Assembly: GCF_009834535.1 (NCBI RefSeq)
Contig: NC_045697.1
Location: 48,424,001 to 48,488,000 of the forward strand
From: Camelus ferus
Lineage: Eukaryota
Reading direction: 5' to 3'
Length of the DNA stretch: 64,000 nt
Numbering within the stretch: the stretch's first letter is position 1; every line of letters begins with the position of its first letter. This document shows positions 12,480 to 25,585 of this stretch, piece after piece. The notes beneath the pieces were generated by a model, which worked only from the letters and a program-made list of their open reading frames with translations, made no database searches and had not been told where the DNA came from. Both the position numbers and the translations under genes were made by a program.

Positions 12480-15400
12480 CACAAGAATCACAAGATGCAT
12501 AAAATTCATAAAGAAATAAGGTATTTTATTATTGCAAGAGCCAGCAAAAACAACCAACAGAAGCGTAAGACCCACAAACCTTCAGATATTTGAATTGTTA
12601 GATACAGAAAATAAAATGCCTATGCTTAAGATGTCCAAAGGAATAAAAGAAAGGTTTGAAAATATGAATATGGAATAAAAGACTTTAAAATTGACTAAGC
12701 AGATTTGAAAAAGAACCAGCAAGAATTTCTAATAATAAAATATATAAGAATTAAAATTTAAAACTCAGTGGACAAGCCAAACAGCAGATTAGCCACATTA
12801 CATTAAAAAAAAAATCATAAACTGGACTATAGATCTGAGGAAATTATGTAGAACCCAGCACAGAGAGTCAAGTTGATAGAAAATACAAAGGAGTGGTCAA
12901 ACAACACGAGGATAGAAGAAAAGGTCTAATATATACCTATTCAGAGTTCAAAAAGGAGAGGAGAGAATGAGGTAGAAGCAATATTTGAAAAGATAAGATC
13001 TGACAATTTTAACAAACCAATGAAAAAGAAAAAAAAAAAAAAGCTGTTTTATAATTATCCATGAATCCCAAGCAGGATATTTAAGAAGAAATCCACACCT
13101 ACACATAATCACAGTGCAGCAACCCAGAAACAAAGAGAAAGTCTATCCTTTAAAAGTCTATCCTTTCAAGGAGTAACAATTGCAGACGTCAGACTTCTCA
13201 ACAAATATATGAAAGTCCTATGGCAGTAGAATCATCTCTTCAAAGATGTCATCCTAAAATTATATACCTGGTAAAAATATAATTCAATAATGAAGATGAA
13301 ATAAAGACATTTGCAAAAACAAGAATGCCAAGTTTATTACCAATAGATCTCAACAGAGGATGTTCCAAGAGATTGAAAGAAGGAAAGTGACTTGAGATGA
13401 AAAGTCCTAGATGCAGGAATGAGTGATAAGCAAAGAAAGTAGGTAGATCTAAATAAATACTGACTAAATATTACAAATATATATTTATAGTGTATATAAA
13501 TATAATATATTTACATATAAAACAATAATATCTTAATGGGTTAAAAATACCCAACAATTGCACAAAAGTCAGAAGACAGGTAATCAGAGCAAAAGTATTA
13601 CAAAATCCAACTCTTGTTTAGGAGGAAGTTAAAGGTACTGATGATAAATTTCTAAAGTAATGCTAAAATAATAGAAATGGAATGATTAGAATGAGAAAAA
13701 TTGCTCAAGTAATCAAAATGCAGTCATGACAAGAGAAAAATCATAGCTAATGTGAGACATAAAATAATGTCTTAGAACTAAATTATGCTAGTAATCTCAA
13801 CAAATGTAAGTAAATGGGCTAAATGTGCCATTAAAAAAAAAAAAAAAGTATCAGACTGGATAATAGCAACAAAATCCAGCTCTGAGCTGTTTACATGTGT
13901 GCTGGCTCTTCTCCACCCTTCTCTGCCTGGCTCTGGGCCCAGCTCATGCTCTGCATCCCCTGAGATCCTTTGCTCTCTAACTTCTGGTTGGGTTTACCCA
14001 ATAGCAGAAAGTGACAGTAGATTACAGGGCTGGAGGGGAAGAAGTAGGGATATTAATCCCCCTAGTTTCCCTCCCTGCTGGACCAGAATTTTTCAGTGGT
14101 TGTGTTATCTCTACTTAAGACCACAGATCCTGCAGGTGCCCCCTCTCCCGACAGCAGCTTACGTTGGGTATCAGTAACACCACTCCTTCTCTTTGACACT
14201 TCAGGGCTGGGGGATAAACATTTTTCTCTGTTTCTGGTGCTTAAGTATTTCACCATCTTTTATTGGTTACTCTAATGCTGTCCACACCTCTCTAAAGAAT
14301 TTCTTCATTAAATTCTCTTCAATTACCATTTGGAGTGCACTGCCTGCTTATTTCCTGCCAGGATCCTGACTCACAACAGGAGACACACCTAAAACATAGG
14401 GGTATGAAAAGATTGAAAATGAAACGTTCAAAGTGTTATAGCATGCAAATACTAACCTTCAAAAAACTGATGTCACAGCATTAAAGTAGACTGTAAGATT
14501 TAAAAACAATATTAGGGATAAAAGAGATACATGATGAAAAATTTGTTTCACCAGCAATAAAACATTAAATTGAGGTGTAGCCTCAAATTATATAAAGTGG
14601 AAAAATTGAGAGAAGAATTAGATAAATCTATCAAATTAACAGAGAGTAAAAAAGATAAAACTGATCTACAAATAGTTTGTTTTTTAAAAGTACGCCATAT
14701 ATTTGAATGGCTTTGTAACAGGCCATTTATTTCCCTAATGTTATGTTTTCTTAGAGTAATATAATCCTTAGTTTGTATTTACCTGAGAAGAAATTGATTG
14801 GCATAGAGAAAAGCACATACAAATGTAGAAAGTGGCCAGGGGAAGCTAGCTAATCTTTCTTGCAATGAATATGACTAAGTGTTATTATCATTAACATACC
14901 GACCTAAGAAAAATACTAAAATTCTATGTAAATGGACAAGAAAATGAACATTTATGAAAGAGAAGCTAAAAATGGCTAAATGAACAAATAGAAAAATGTT
15001 CAACCTAACTAGCAACCAAAGAAATAGAAAATAAAATAATATATTATTTTCATCTACAAAATTAACAAAAAACTCTTTAAAAATTAGATATGATACTCAA
15101 AGCTGTCTAGGATAAAATAGACACTGTCATGTACTGCTGGCAGGTGTAAAAATTAAGACAAGTTATTTAGTTTATAACATTTGACCCAGTAATTGAATTT
15201 GGGGGAACATATCTCAGAGAATAATTTGAATTAGTGATAAAGACTCAAGTACAAAAATATTTTTTTAACTAGAAATGTCCTTCTTCTCTTTCTCTTTCCA
15301 TTTCATTCTGTGTCTCTCTTCCATTCAATTGTTTACTTCTTGAACAATTCAATCCAAAGCACATGAGACTGGGTGGGCCTCTGCAAGGTGGGTGTCCCCG

Positions 15401-16980
15401 TGGGTGAGTGCGAGAAGAGCCTCGGCACGTGGGACAGCAGAGTCTGCAGGGAACTGACCCAGCTCAGGATGCAGGAGCCCCAGCAGTAAGAGGAGAGCAT
15501 CTGGGAGGGCAGAGGGGCAGCCCAGTGTGGGGTGTCACAGCCCAGTCCAGGTGACAAGGGTATTTGCAGTGGTGAGATGGTGGTGGCAGTTAGGGGAAAC
15601 AGTTATGAATAGAAGATTAATCAGATAAGTAAATACATTGAAGATAAGGGAGCCACGCTTCTCATTTCTTTTTCCTTTCCTTTTTTAAAAATATCTTTTA
15701 TTTATTTGTTATTGTATTATGTAATTCTTTTATTTTGGTGGGGGTCAGGGGAGGTAATTAGATTTATTTATTCTTAGAGGAGGTACTGGGGATTGAACCC
15801 AGGACCTGGGGCATGCTAAGCATGCGCTCTATCACTTAAGCTACCCACCCCCCACCCCCCAGGCTTCTCATTTCTAGAGAAATAAGTTACAATTATATAA
15901 AAGGAGAAAATAAGAATGAGATGTTGGCTTAGAAATGGGACTATTGGTGTGAACTCAAGGCTTTCAATATCAAAAATGATATGGAAAATAAACATAGATA
16001 TAACCACATATATGTGCATGTATACATGTCTGTTCTGAGGGTTTGGGAGCAGTGTCACCCCTATAGCAATAAGCCTACTAGTGCCTGGATGTTGGTTTCT
16101 CAATATTCTTCTTCTTTATTAAAAGGAACCAGAGAAATAGATGAGTCCAATTGCTGGGGCAGGAAATGTACAATAAGGCTGGAGCATCTTGGTCCAGAAA
16201 GTAAGGTTGGGTTCGGAGAGTAATGGGAAAATTTCCAAAGAACACATAAGTCTTGACTAAAATAGAATAACATGAGTCCATACTCATCCACATGATATAA
16301 ACAAATGAATTAACTGACCATTTGAAAAGGAACAATAATTTAAATAGTCTCTAAGTATCTCCCCATAAAATATTTATTTATTATAAGGGGGAAAAAAAAG
16401 CAATCATGCAGTGGAAAAGCCTGGCAGACACAAATTTAATAAAGTGATCAAAGTTAAAATCATCAGTGATGGGGCTAATTAAAGTCATTTGTCATGTCAT
16501 GGGGTACCATGAGAAAAATACCACATTGCCTCTGGAATACACCTACCAAAGATGCATGACTTGAACCCAGTCATGAGGAAACATCTAACAACCCCACAGT
16601 GTGGGGTAATCTTCAAAAGGATCAAGGAAATGAAAATCGAGGGAAGGGTGAGGAACTGTTCCAGGCTGATGGAAACTAAAGAGAAATGACAGCTAAGCAC
16701 AGTGCTTTATTCTGGACTGGATCCTTTTACTATAAAAAAAATTATTGGAACAACTAGTGAAACATGAGATGGTAGTAATAGGCCAACGTTCCTTTCCTAG
16801 TTTCGGCAGTTGTGTTATGGTTATATAGGAAAATGTCCCTATTTGTATAACACACACTAAGGCATTTGGGGCAAGGAGATGATTAAGTATCTTAAATGAT
16901 TCCGGGGGAAAAAAAGTTATTTGTTCTGTTCTTTCAACTTTTCTCTAAATTTGAGATTGTTTCCAAATAAAAAGTTTTTA
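12480..16980 (+). mobile_element. Fragmented ancient L1M (ORF1/ORF2/3' UTR remnants) interrupted by an LTR-like segment (~13870-14380) and a SINE
   Basis: A-rich L1 ORF1-like text ('agatctgaggaaattatgtagaa...aggtctaatatatacctattcagagttc'), ORF2-like text ('aaaatgttcaacctaactagcaaccaaagaaat') and L1MC-like 3' UTR text. Confidence 0.65.
15690..15856 (-). mobile_element. tRNA-Ala-derived SINE (camelid Vic-1-like)
   Basis: Reverse complement 'gggtagcttaagtgatagagcgcatgcttagcatg...tcctgggttcaatccccagtacctcc' plus A-rich tail. Confidence 0.85.
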
Positions 16981-18640
16981 AATATGGAAATATTCCAAAT
17001 ATCAAAGAGCTTGGAAGACCTTCCATAAGCTGGGTCCAACTTTTCTAACTTCATCTGTCACCAACCTCACCAGGCACCCATCCCGACACTCAACTGCTCC
17101 GTCAGTGTCCTCACACCTTACATGGAGTGCAATCAGCTAGACCATAGTTCGGCCCTTTGCTCACCTGAATAAGTTTTATTTTCCTTCACGATTTGATTCA
17201 GAAGATTTCCCCTAGAATATAGTTGTTTCCTCCCAGTGTGATTAGCTGTCCCTCCAGCTCTCACAGCATCCGTGGCTTCTCTAGATCTGTACAGAACGCA
17301 CTCCTTATCATCATTAACGTACTCAACTCTCTTCCTCTCTGTGCTTCTTAAGACAGGGACTGTCTTCTTTATCCAGCTATCCATATTGCCTGACATTGAG
17401 TAGGTTCTCATAAATCTTGGTTAAATCAAAAGATAAATAAGCAAATGAATTGGTCTTCCTGCGAATGCAGTCAATTCTTCCTCCATATCCATTCTCAATG
17501 GAATAGCCAGAGTGATTCCTGCCCCTTTCTCTTGAAATGTCTCTCTAGGGCTCTCCACAAAGGGTAACGTTATGCGAGCTGCAAAGGGAAAATATTTAAG
17601 AGATTCAGATCCATTTTTGGGGAGCAGGCTATGAAGGGTGAGTTTGGAGCTGAGAGGCAATAAATTCATAACTAGCACAGGACGCATGGTAATTCTTTTA
17701 GAATTCATTAACTAACAGACTGTAAAGTGCCAAAAAGTCACTATAACTTCAGAAACACCTTCAAATGCGTTGCTATTTTATTAATGAGAACAGTATCTAC
17801 AAGAATCATAACGTGTGTCTGTGCTTTTTGTAATAAGCAGATATTATTTGGTGGGCCTATGATTGTGGAAATCTCTGGCACAACACAACAAAGCCTTTGG
17901 GAACTACTAATAGAGAAGCTGGTATACAGGCACCTTTGCACAGACACAAAGCCCTTTACCATTTGCCTGTGTTATCTTTCCAGATTCCTTTCACAAGAAT
18001 TTCCTAGACTCTTTTCACCAGAGTTTCTCCGCATTTTTCCTATAGCCTAACCAAATTAGAATAACCTCGGACATTTCTTCTCATCCTTCAAGACCCTATT
18101 GAAATTATTTTTTATTTTTGTTTATTTGGGGGGGAGGCAGAGGGGGTTGAATAAATAGCAATTGTACATGTATGGTTCAATAAAAATTCAAAGTACCACA
18201 TGATTGAATGTGAAAGCAATGGTACAGACAGTAAGTAGTCTCAGAGGCTCTGAGAAAAGAAAGATCCATGCATAGTATAGCATGTGTGAAGACTTCACTG
18301 TGGTCTGGGGCCAGACCTTAACTCAGAAAGAGAATTTGATCTGACAGCAGAAGAAAAGATAAAGGTACAAAGGTAAAGGCAGAAAACCCTGGAATAAAAG
18401 AAAAAAAAATCTGGAATAAATATTGGGTGTTTATGGTGCATTAATGAACACACCCTCAGTATAATGTAGAGAGAAACAAAAGCTGGTATTGGATCAGAAG
18501 GGTAGGGGCAATTCGTGGAGTGCTTTGGAAGTCATGTTGACGGATTTGGAGAGTAGAGAAAAAAGATGAAGAGCACGACTTCTGGTTTCACGTTGAGTTT
18601 GCATCCCAGAATCACCAGTAGCTGTTCTCAAATTCTTCTG

Positions 18641-19160
18641 GCCCTGCAGATGCCACCACCCCAGAGCTGATGGCCCTGGATGGTGGGCCCTTGGATCACA
18701 TCGCCTATGAGCTGTATGCAGCCACAGTTCTAAAGACAGAAGAAAACTTTTGCGCTCCGAGCACTGGGGAGAAAGGATTTGGTTATAAAGGTTTCTGTTT
18801 TCACAGAATTATTCCAAGATTTATGTGCCTGGGTGGTGACTTGACACACCATAACAGCACTGGCAGCAAGTCCATCTCTGGGGAGAAATTTGATGAGAGT
18901 TTCATCCTGAGTCATACTAGTCCTGGCTTCTTGGCAAACACTGGACCCAACACAAACGGTCCCCAGGTTTGGATCTGCGCTGCCAAGACTGAGGGGTTGG
19001 ATGGCAAGTATGTGGTCTTTGGCAAGGTGGGAGAGGACAAGAATATTGTGGGAGCCACAGAGGGCTTGGGGTCCACAAATGGTCCACAAAGACCAGCAAG
19101 AAGATCGTCATTGCTGACTGTGAACAAATCTAATAAGTCTGACTTGTAGAAATAAAAAAA
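18641..19160 (+). pseudogene. PPIA: Processed pseudogene of peptidyl-prolyl isomerase A (cyclophilin A)
   Basis: Intronless; translation [44 protein letters not shown]...GPNTNGPQ...[18 protein letters not shown]; start region lost, in-frame deletions, C-terminal frameshift, ancestral-frame end DCEQI*, short A-rich tail. Confidence 0.95.
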
Positions 19161-21049
19161 TTCTCCCACTTGTAGAATTGGATACTTACAGGAGTCTTCT
19201 GAGGACTAAAATAATTAATCCACATAAAAAAGAACTTAGTGTAGCAGCCAGCACAGAGAAGGTACTCAAAGAATCTTAGTCGATGTTGTAATTATTATTA
19301 ATTAGAGTCACATTCTAAAACCACATGATATTAGTAACATTCTAGAAATATTGATCCTTGTTAGGAATGGGGGAACCTGGAATTTGAAAACAAGTTAGGT
19401 GACTATTGCAACAATCTTGGCTTATAGTTAAACACACACACACACACACACATTGATTACAACAGTGAGAATGGAAAGGGAGAACTCTGAGATATGAGTT
19501 TAAGAAAAAAATTATAGAATTTAGAAAGTAATTGCAGTTGAGGGGCACAGAAAATGAAAGCATTAAAAAATAACTCCAATGTCTTAAACTCTTGAACTCA
19601 ATAAATTTAGATTCCATTGGAAAAAACACAGACAACAGGAAAAAATCCAACTGAGGGGAATGAAATGATATTAGATTTGAGGAGATGATTAGAAATCCAC
19701 GTTAAATATTTAGAGTCTGATTGGAGAGATAAAGGAGTGAAGTTGAGTTAAATGACAGCAAGTATATATTTGAAAAATTATCTGAATATAAGTAATAAAT
19801 AAAGTAGTAAAAAAAAAAAAGAGAGAGAGAAGATAAACTTTCTTCTTTAAAAAAAATTGTCATGGGGCAAAATTAAGGTTTGACACATTGGGAACATCGA
19901 GAGTTAAATTATGGGAGAAGGTAGAAGAGACAATGAAAGAAAAATGATGCTCTCAGAGGTAAGAGGAAAACGGGGTAGAGCCCTGCTATGAGCAAGATGT
20001 GTTCTGTCCTCTGAGCAGCGCGATGAGACGTGAGAGCCGGCCAGTATATAGACTGCTTTTAGTAAAGTGATGACGCGTGGCCATCTGAGGGATGCGAGGA
20101 CAGCTGACACAAGACCTCAGTGAAAAATAAAGAACAAGGCAGGTCGTTTGCTGAGAGTGAGAGAGGAGGATGAGGTTGAGTGCTTTCTTGGGACCTTTGG
20201 AGAAAAGGTATGGAACATTTGAACTGGGAACTGGAGGAGAGTTTATAGAGTTGTGAGCCGGGATTAGGAAGAACAAGGGATGATGTGTTACCCCAGGGCT
20301 AGTGATTGGGGGTGGGGGGGACCATCACCATTCTTAGGCCTAAAGAAGCCTAGGAGGGAACTCTTACGGGACCCAGAAAAAGCTGGAGAGGACCACTGGC
20401 AGGAGCTGTGGCCTTTAGGTCAAAGGACAAAGCCAACCTGCAGGGATTGGCAAGGAATGAGCTGGGGGACTAAGTAATCCCCTGGCTCCCCTCTTGCCCC
20501 CTAGATTTCAGCTAATGCCATTAGCTGAACCCAACTGGAGGCCAGAGAGCAAGGGAGCCAGATTGTTGCAACATCCTGAAGCAGCTTCCTGCAGCACAGA
20601 CCCAGGTAGACACCAGGGAAACTGATGCAGCACGAGTCCTTAAAAAGACTGGGAAAGGTTTGGCAATGCCACAGTCAGAGAGTGACAGGAAGCCAAGGGA
20701 TGGAAGAGAACTTTCAGGCTTCTCCAGAAGATCTGGTGGATGCCAGTCAGTACTTTAAATTAAAGGTACTTATTTTTATCTTATTACAAGGGACATATGC
20801 AGTCATTTAGAAAATCTCAGAAGTATTAAAATCAAAAAAAGAAAATTCAACTTACCCCAAATCTCACTCTCCAATGGTAATTGCTTCTAACATTTTTGAG
20901 TATACTTCCATTCTTTTTTGTACGCACACAGACACACACACAAAAAAACTTTAAAAAATGAGATTACATTGTACCCACTTGAAATCATCTAAGTTCTTTG
21001 GAAATAAGCAACAGAAACCAAATCAGATTAACTTAAGTATTAATTAATT

Positions 21050-21350
21050 AAATATTTTTGACCATCTAAAATGTGTAAGAAATTTTAAAAAATAGATTAA
21101 GTTTGTGATTTAATGGAATTTACATTCTAGTGGAGAGAGAGAGACAATAAGCAAATAAACAAACCATATGTAATATTTTTAGAGGGTCATAAGTACTGTA
21201 AAAAAAATAAAGTTGTGTTAAGGGATAGAGGTGGGAGGCTAATGCTGTTGTCCAGGTGAGAAACAGTGGCTGGAACTAAGAAGGTAACAAGGGAGGTAGT
21301 GAGTGAGAGTTCGATTCTGGATTGATTTCAAGGCAGAGCTTTGCTGCTGA
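21050..21350 (-). mobile_element. L2 LINE fragment
   Basis: 'tggaatttacattctagtggagagagagacaataagcaaataaac...gagttcgattctggattgatttcaaggcagagc'. Confidence 0.6.
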
Positions 21351-22464
21351 GGGTGCACAGGGATTCTCCAATTGCTTCTTCAGATCCACCCTCCACCCTT
21401 TCCCAGAGCCTGAATAACCTCCACGGACCACACACCTGGATTCACCAGTCCTCCTTTGGATAGGTTCAGACAATGAAATGACCTGAAAGGAGACTGGAGG
21501 GCAGAAGAACAGGACTGGGATCTTCCTTTTTCTGGCTCCTGTCCTCCTTGGCTCTAGGTCAGCAATGGCTGTCCCTCTCTCCTGTCAGGCAGTCATTCTT
21601 GCTAGGTTTGGTGAACGCTTCCCACCCCTGACTCCTTCCAGCCTGGGGGTAGTAATGGCTTCACACTGTGACTACCCCTTGGGAGCTTCATTGTTTCTTG
21701 TTCGTTTCCCTGAGCCTGACCACACATTTGTAAAGCATCCATTTAGGGTGCTATCTGTATCTGCCGGGACACTGAGTGACACAGGATGTGAGGAAAGAAA
21801 GAGTCAAAGATGAATACATAGTTTCTGTTCTGAGCAACTGGAAGAATGGAGTTGCTATTTACTGAATTGGGGGGGAAAAACATCAAAAGTATAAAACAAA
21901 TTCATTAGAAGGATATGGAGTGTCTCACAGAATAGGATAAAAAGCAGAAATGTAAAGGAGTGGGTTGAAGCTCCTGGCCTGCTGAGAGCTCAGGATGGAA
22001 GTTGGCAGTGATGAGTTAGAGCTCAGAAGGGAAAATGGGCTCAAAGCCCTCCACTGAGGGGAGGGGCCAGAGATCAGCTCTTACTTACTGCTTGAAGGTG
22101 GAAAAAAACAAAGTATTGTTGACTGCTGGGCTACAGCATTTAGCACACTGGAGACCCCAAGGAAACCAGGTACTGCTAAACATCCTTCAGTGCACGAGGC
22201 ACCTCTCTCATACAGAATTAGTCAGCCCAAAACAACAGTGGTGCTGAGGTTGAGAAACTCTGCTCGGTGTGAAGGCTGCCTCGTGCTTCATCCAGTTTAT
22301 GTCTTAGAAGACAAATCAGATTACTCTAGATCTAGAGCCTCAAACTCTCTTGGAAACCAACTTTAAAAGTGATAGTGGCAAATATGTGGGTACTGCCACA
22401 CAAGATCTGCAGACGTAGGCACAATTGGAAATTTTTGAGAGCCTAGAGTTTAACTGGATAACGC

Positions 22465-23110
22465 TGTCGATACAGGAAAATGGGGCGCGAGAGGATGGTT
22501 GTGTCCCAGGAGAGTCCCTGGGGGCACCTGCCGAGTGAGGGTCCTTGGCTTTGTGCAGGAAAGAATTCAAGAAGGAGCCTTAGTTGAGTAAAACTAGAAT
22601 TATTCAGAGAGATGCACACACCATTGGCTGAGCGTAGGCCATCTCAGAAGGCCAGAGAGACAACGAGGCATGGTGGTGGGGGTGGAGGGGGTGTGTTTAG
22701 TTTAAAGTAAAAGTAGATACACAATCCATAGCCAGAGCTCGGGCCATCTCTGAAAGTGAGAGAGTGCGAGAGGCCTGGGGTGTGGTGCTGTTAGTTTTTC
22801 GGGGTTCGGTAATGTCATATGCTAACAAGTGGGAGGATTATTCCAACTGCTTTTGGGTTAGGGGCTGGGATTCCCAGGAACTGAGCCACCACCAACTTTT
22901 TGACCTAAAGTCAGCCTTGGAACTGTCATGGCACCTGTGGGTGTGTCATTCACCATGCTAGTATATTACAGTGAGTGTATAATGAAGCTCAAGGTCCACT
23001 GGAAGTCAAATCTTCCACCATCTTGGCCTCAAGGGCTCCAGGGAATCAAATCTTCAATTGCTGTGTCATTCCTTCAATGGCTGTGCCCTGCCCTCTTCCC
23101 TCCCATCTCA
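22465..23110 (-). mobile_element. ERV1 solo LTR (MER41-like, probably lineage-specific)
   Basis: TG...CA ends; 'gagggtccttggctttgtgcaggaaagaattcaag' resembles MER41-group U5/R; internal duplicated unit 'tacacaatccatagccagagctcgggccatctc'. Confidence 0.75.
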
Positions 23111-24929
23111 CTATGGTAAAGTGCAACTGTGCAAATGAACACGACCCCATTCGGTGTAGCACAGGCTTATTCATGGTCTAAATACAGCATTCTGTATGTG
23201 CTCAAGTTTGCAACTGAAATTAATAAGGTTGTAAATCATGTTACAGCTTCAAGACTCACGCAGAAAGCTTTCCAGGCAGCAAAGCACTATGGCATATTGT
23301 CTAATGACAGGTTTTGAAGCAGGCCTGCAACAGAGCTGCATTCATGTGGCACATAATAAGTTTTTGTGCTCCAAGGATTCTCCCAGGACACACTGACTTA
23401 CCTGGAGCAGAAAGACTCACTAGAGAAGGCAGCCTAGGCTGCAGACAAGCTTTTGTCCTTAGCACAATGGCAGGACTGAGAAGCTGGGTCTTGTTCCGAG
23501 CCAGGAAGGCACTGAAAGCAGAAGAAGGTGGACTTTGCAGATGGGCCACAGAGCCCCAGGACTTGGATGGCTCAGAGGTTTCCTAACATTCTGGCAGAGA
23601 GAAACATTTTTTTATAAAATAAGAACAATTTTTTTTTTCTTTTTTCCATTTGGAGCTAGAAAGTTTTCTGTCTAAAATTAACATGATTCATGTCCCAAGA
23701 AAGCTCTGTTCTAGAGAACTCTGTATCCTTGGCTGACATAACACCTCCCCAACCCCTTAGAATCTGATGTCTGATTCCCAACTCCGATGTGATAGCTCTG
23801 CCCCTTATTTTCAAGGTCCAGAAAGACTTGAACTCTCAGCAGGAACCAGTTTTCAGGGTAGAAATTTTGCTGCTCTGTCCCAAGAATGTGAGCTCCAGTT
23901 ATCAGTAAAATATAATAGTTCTATGGTTTTCCCCACCTCATTTTGCTACCTCTGGAAGTCCCCTAAATTTACTTAACAGTATTTCCCTGAAGCTATAAAG
24001 TCAGGCTATTTTTTTCCCCTTAACTCAGGAATGTTTTCATTGGAAGTATGAATTCTACAGAGATTGTGCTTGAGTACTACAATTTAGACTGTCAGATTAG
24101 TTCTGTAATTTAATTCAGTAACTCCATTAACTGCTATTTTTCTTTCGCAAATATGTAGGTGATCTCTTCAGATATGTATGTTTTGAACTTTATGCATATT
24201 AGCAATCAGTTAATGTGATAAGACCATTAATTCACTCACAAAGTGTTCTTAACTCATAAAACTAACCAGTTTATTTATACTATGATTAATCATTGTGTGT
24301 GTGTGTGTATGCATTATACATGTGTCATAAACACTCTGAAACAAATATAGAATATGTTATAAAATACAATCATTGTAGTGTTTGGAGTAATTAAAAAATT
24401 AATCTCTTTTTTTATTAAGTTACATTTAGTATTCACAACTTTATATCTTATTTTATGATGTGGAAAAATGACATCCTTGAGGCATTTTCTTCTTCAAATA
24501 CTGTAAATATCCTGTGAAATATTATGATATTCATTATTATCTTTTTCAGCTTCTGATTTTCGTCCTCTTCATTGGCTTATTCTTTCTGGTTATAAAACAG
24601 CTAAATAAAAATATAAGTTTCTGACAAATTCCCCTTAAACTTTGTATACAAAATTTGTATTCTTTCTTTCATACAGTGATAATAATTGAAATTCCAAGTC
24701 AATCACAAAAAAAGAAAATATATCATTAAAATCTTATTAATTCACTATAGTGGTCACTTAGTTCATCTAAAATGTGGTCTTCATGAGGGTGCAGGTGCTA
24801 ACATGCAGATTCAGGACCTCACCTCAGAAATTCTGATTTAGTAGATTGGAAATGGACCCAAGAATCTATTTTCTGGGGTTTTTTCTCAATGTAACAAGTG
24901 AGCTCTTACAACATCTTCTTTATGTGTGT

Positions 24930-25585
24930 GGGTTTTTTCCCAGCTTAACTGTGGTATAATTGATGAATAAAATTGTAATATATTAAGTGTATAATGTGAT
25001 TTGATATATGTATACATTGTGAAAGAATTGCTACACTCAAGTTAATCAACACATCCATCGCCTCACATAGTTACTTTTTCTGGAGAGGAGGGGTGAGAAC
25101 ACTTAGGTAGGTTCTACTCTCTTAGCAAATTTTAATTACATAACACAGTACTATCAACTATAGTGACCATGTTACACATTAGATCTTCAGGCTTCATTCA
25201 TCTTATAACTGAAAGTTTGTAGCTTTCTACAAACCACACCACATTTCCCCTACACTGCAGCCCCTGGCAACCACCACACTACTCTGTTTCTATGGGTTTG
25301 ACTTTCTTTTTTCCCCTTGGATTCCACAAATAAGTGACACCATGTAGTATTTGGCTTTTCGTTTTATTTTTTTAAGTTTTTGTTTGTTTGTTTGCTTTTC
25401 TTGTTAATGGAAGTACTGGGGATTGAACCCAGGACATCATGCACGCTAGGCAGGCACTCTACCACTGAGCTATATCACCCTCCTCTGTCTAGTTTATATC
25501 ACTTAGCATAATTTTCTCCAGATTCATCCATGTTATCACAAAACAAGATTTCCTTCTTTTTTTAAGACTGAATAGTATTCCATTG
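24930..25585 (-). mobile_element. L1 3' end (L1MA-like) containing a SINE insertion
   Basis: 'ggtataattgatgaataaaattgta...ttaatcaacacatccatcgcctcacatagttac...cccctggcaaccacc...gaatagtattccattg'. Confidence 0.8.
25365..25482 (-). mobile_element. tRNA-Ala-derived SINE (Vic-1-like)
   Basis: 'gtactggggattgaacccaggac...ctctaccactgagctata' plus T-rich tail. Confidence 0.85.

Noticed and set aside
13138..13166. Short tandem duplications (also ~45371-45405 and ~57020-57058)
   Set aside because: Ordinary slippage-type duplications in repeat or intron DNA
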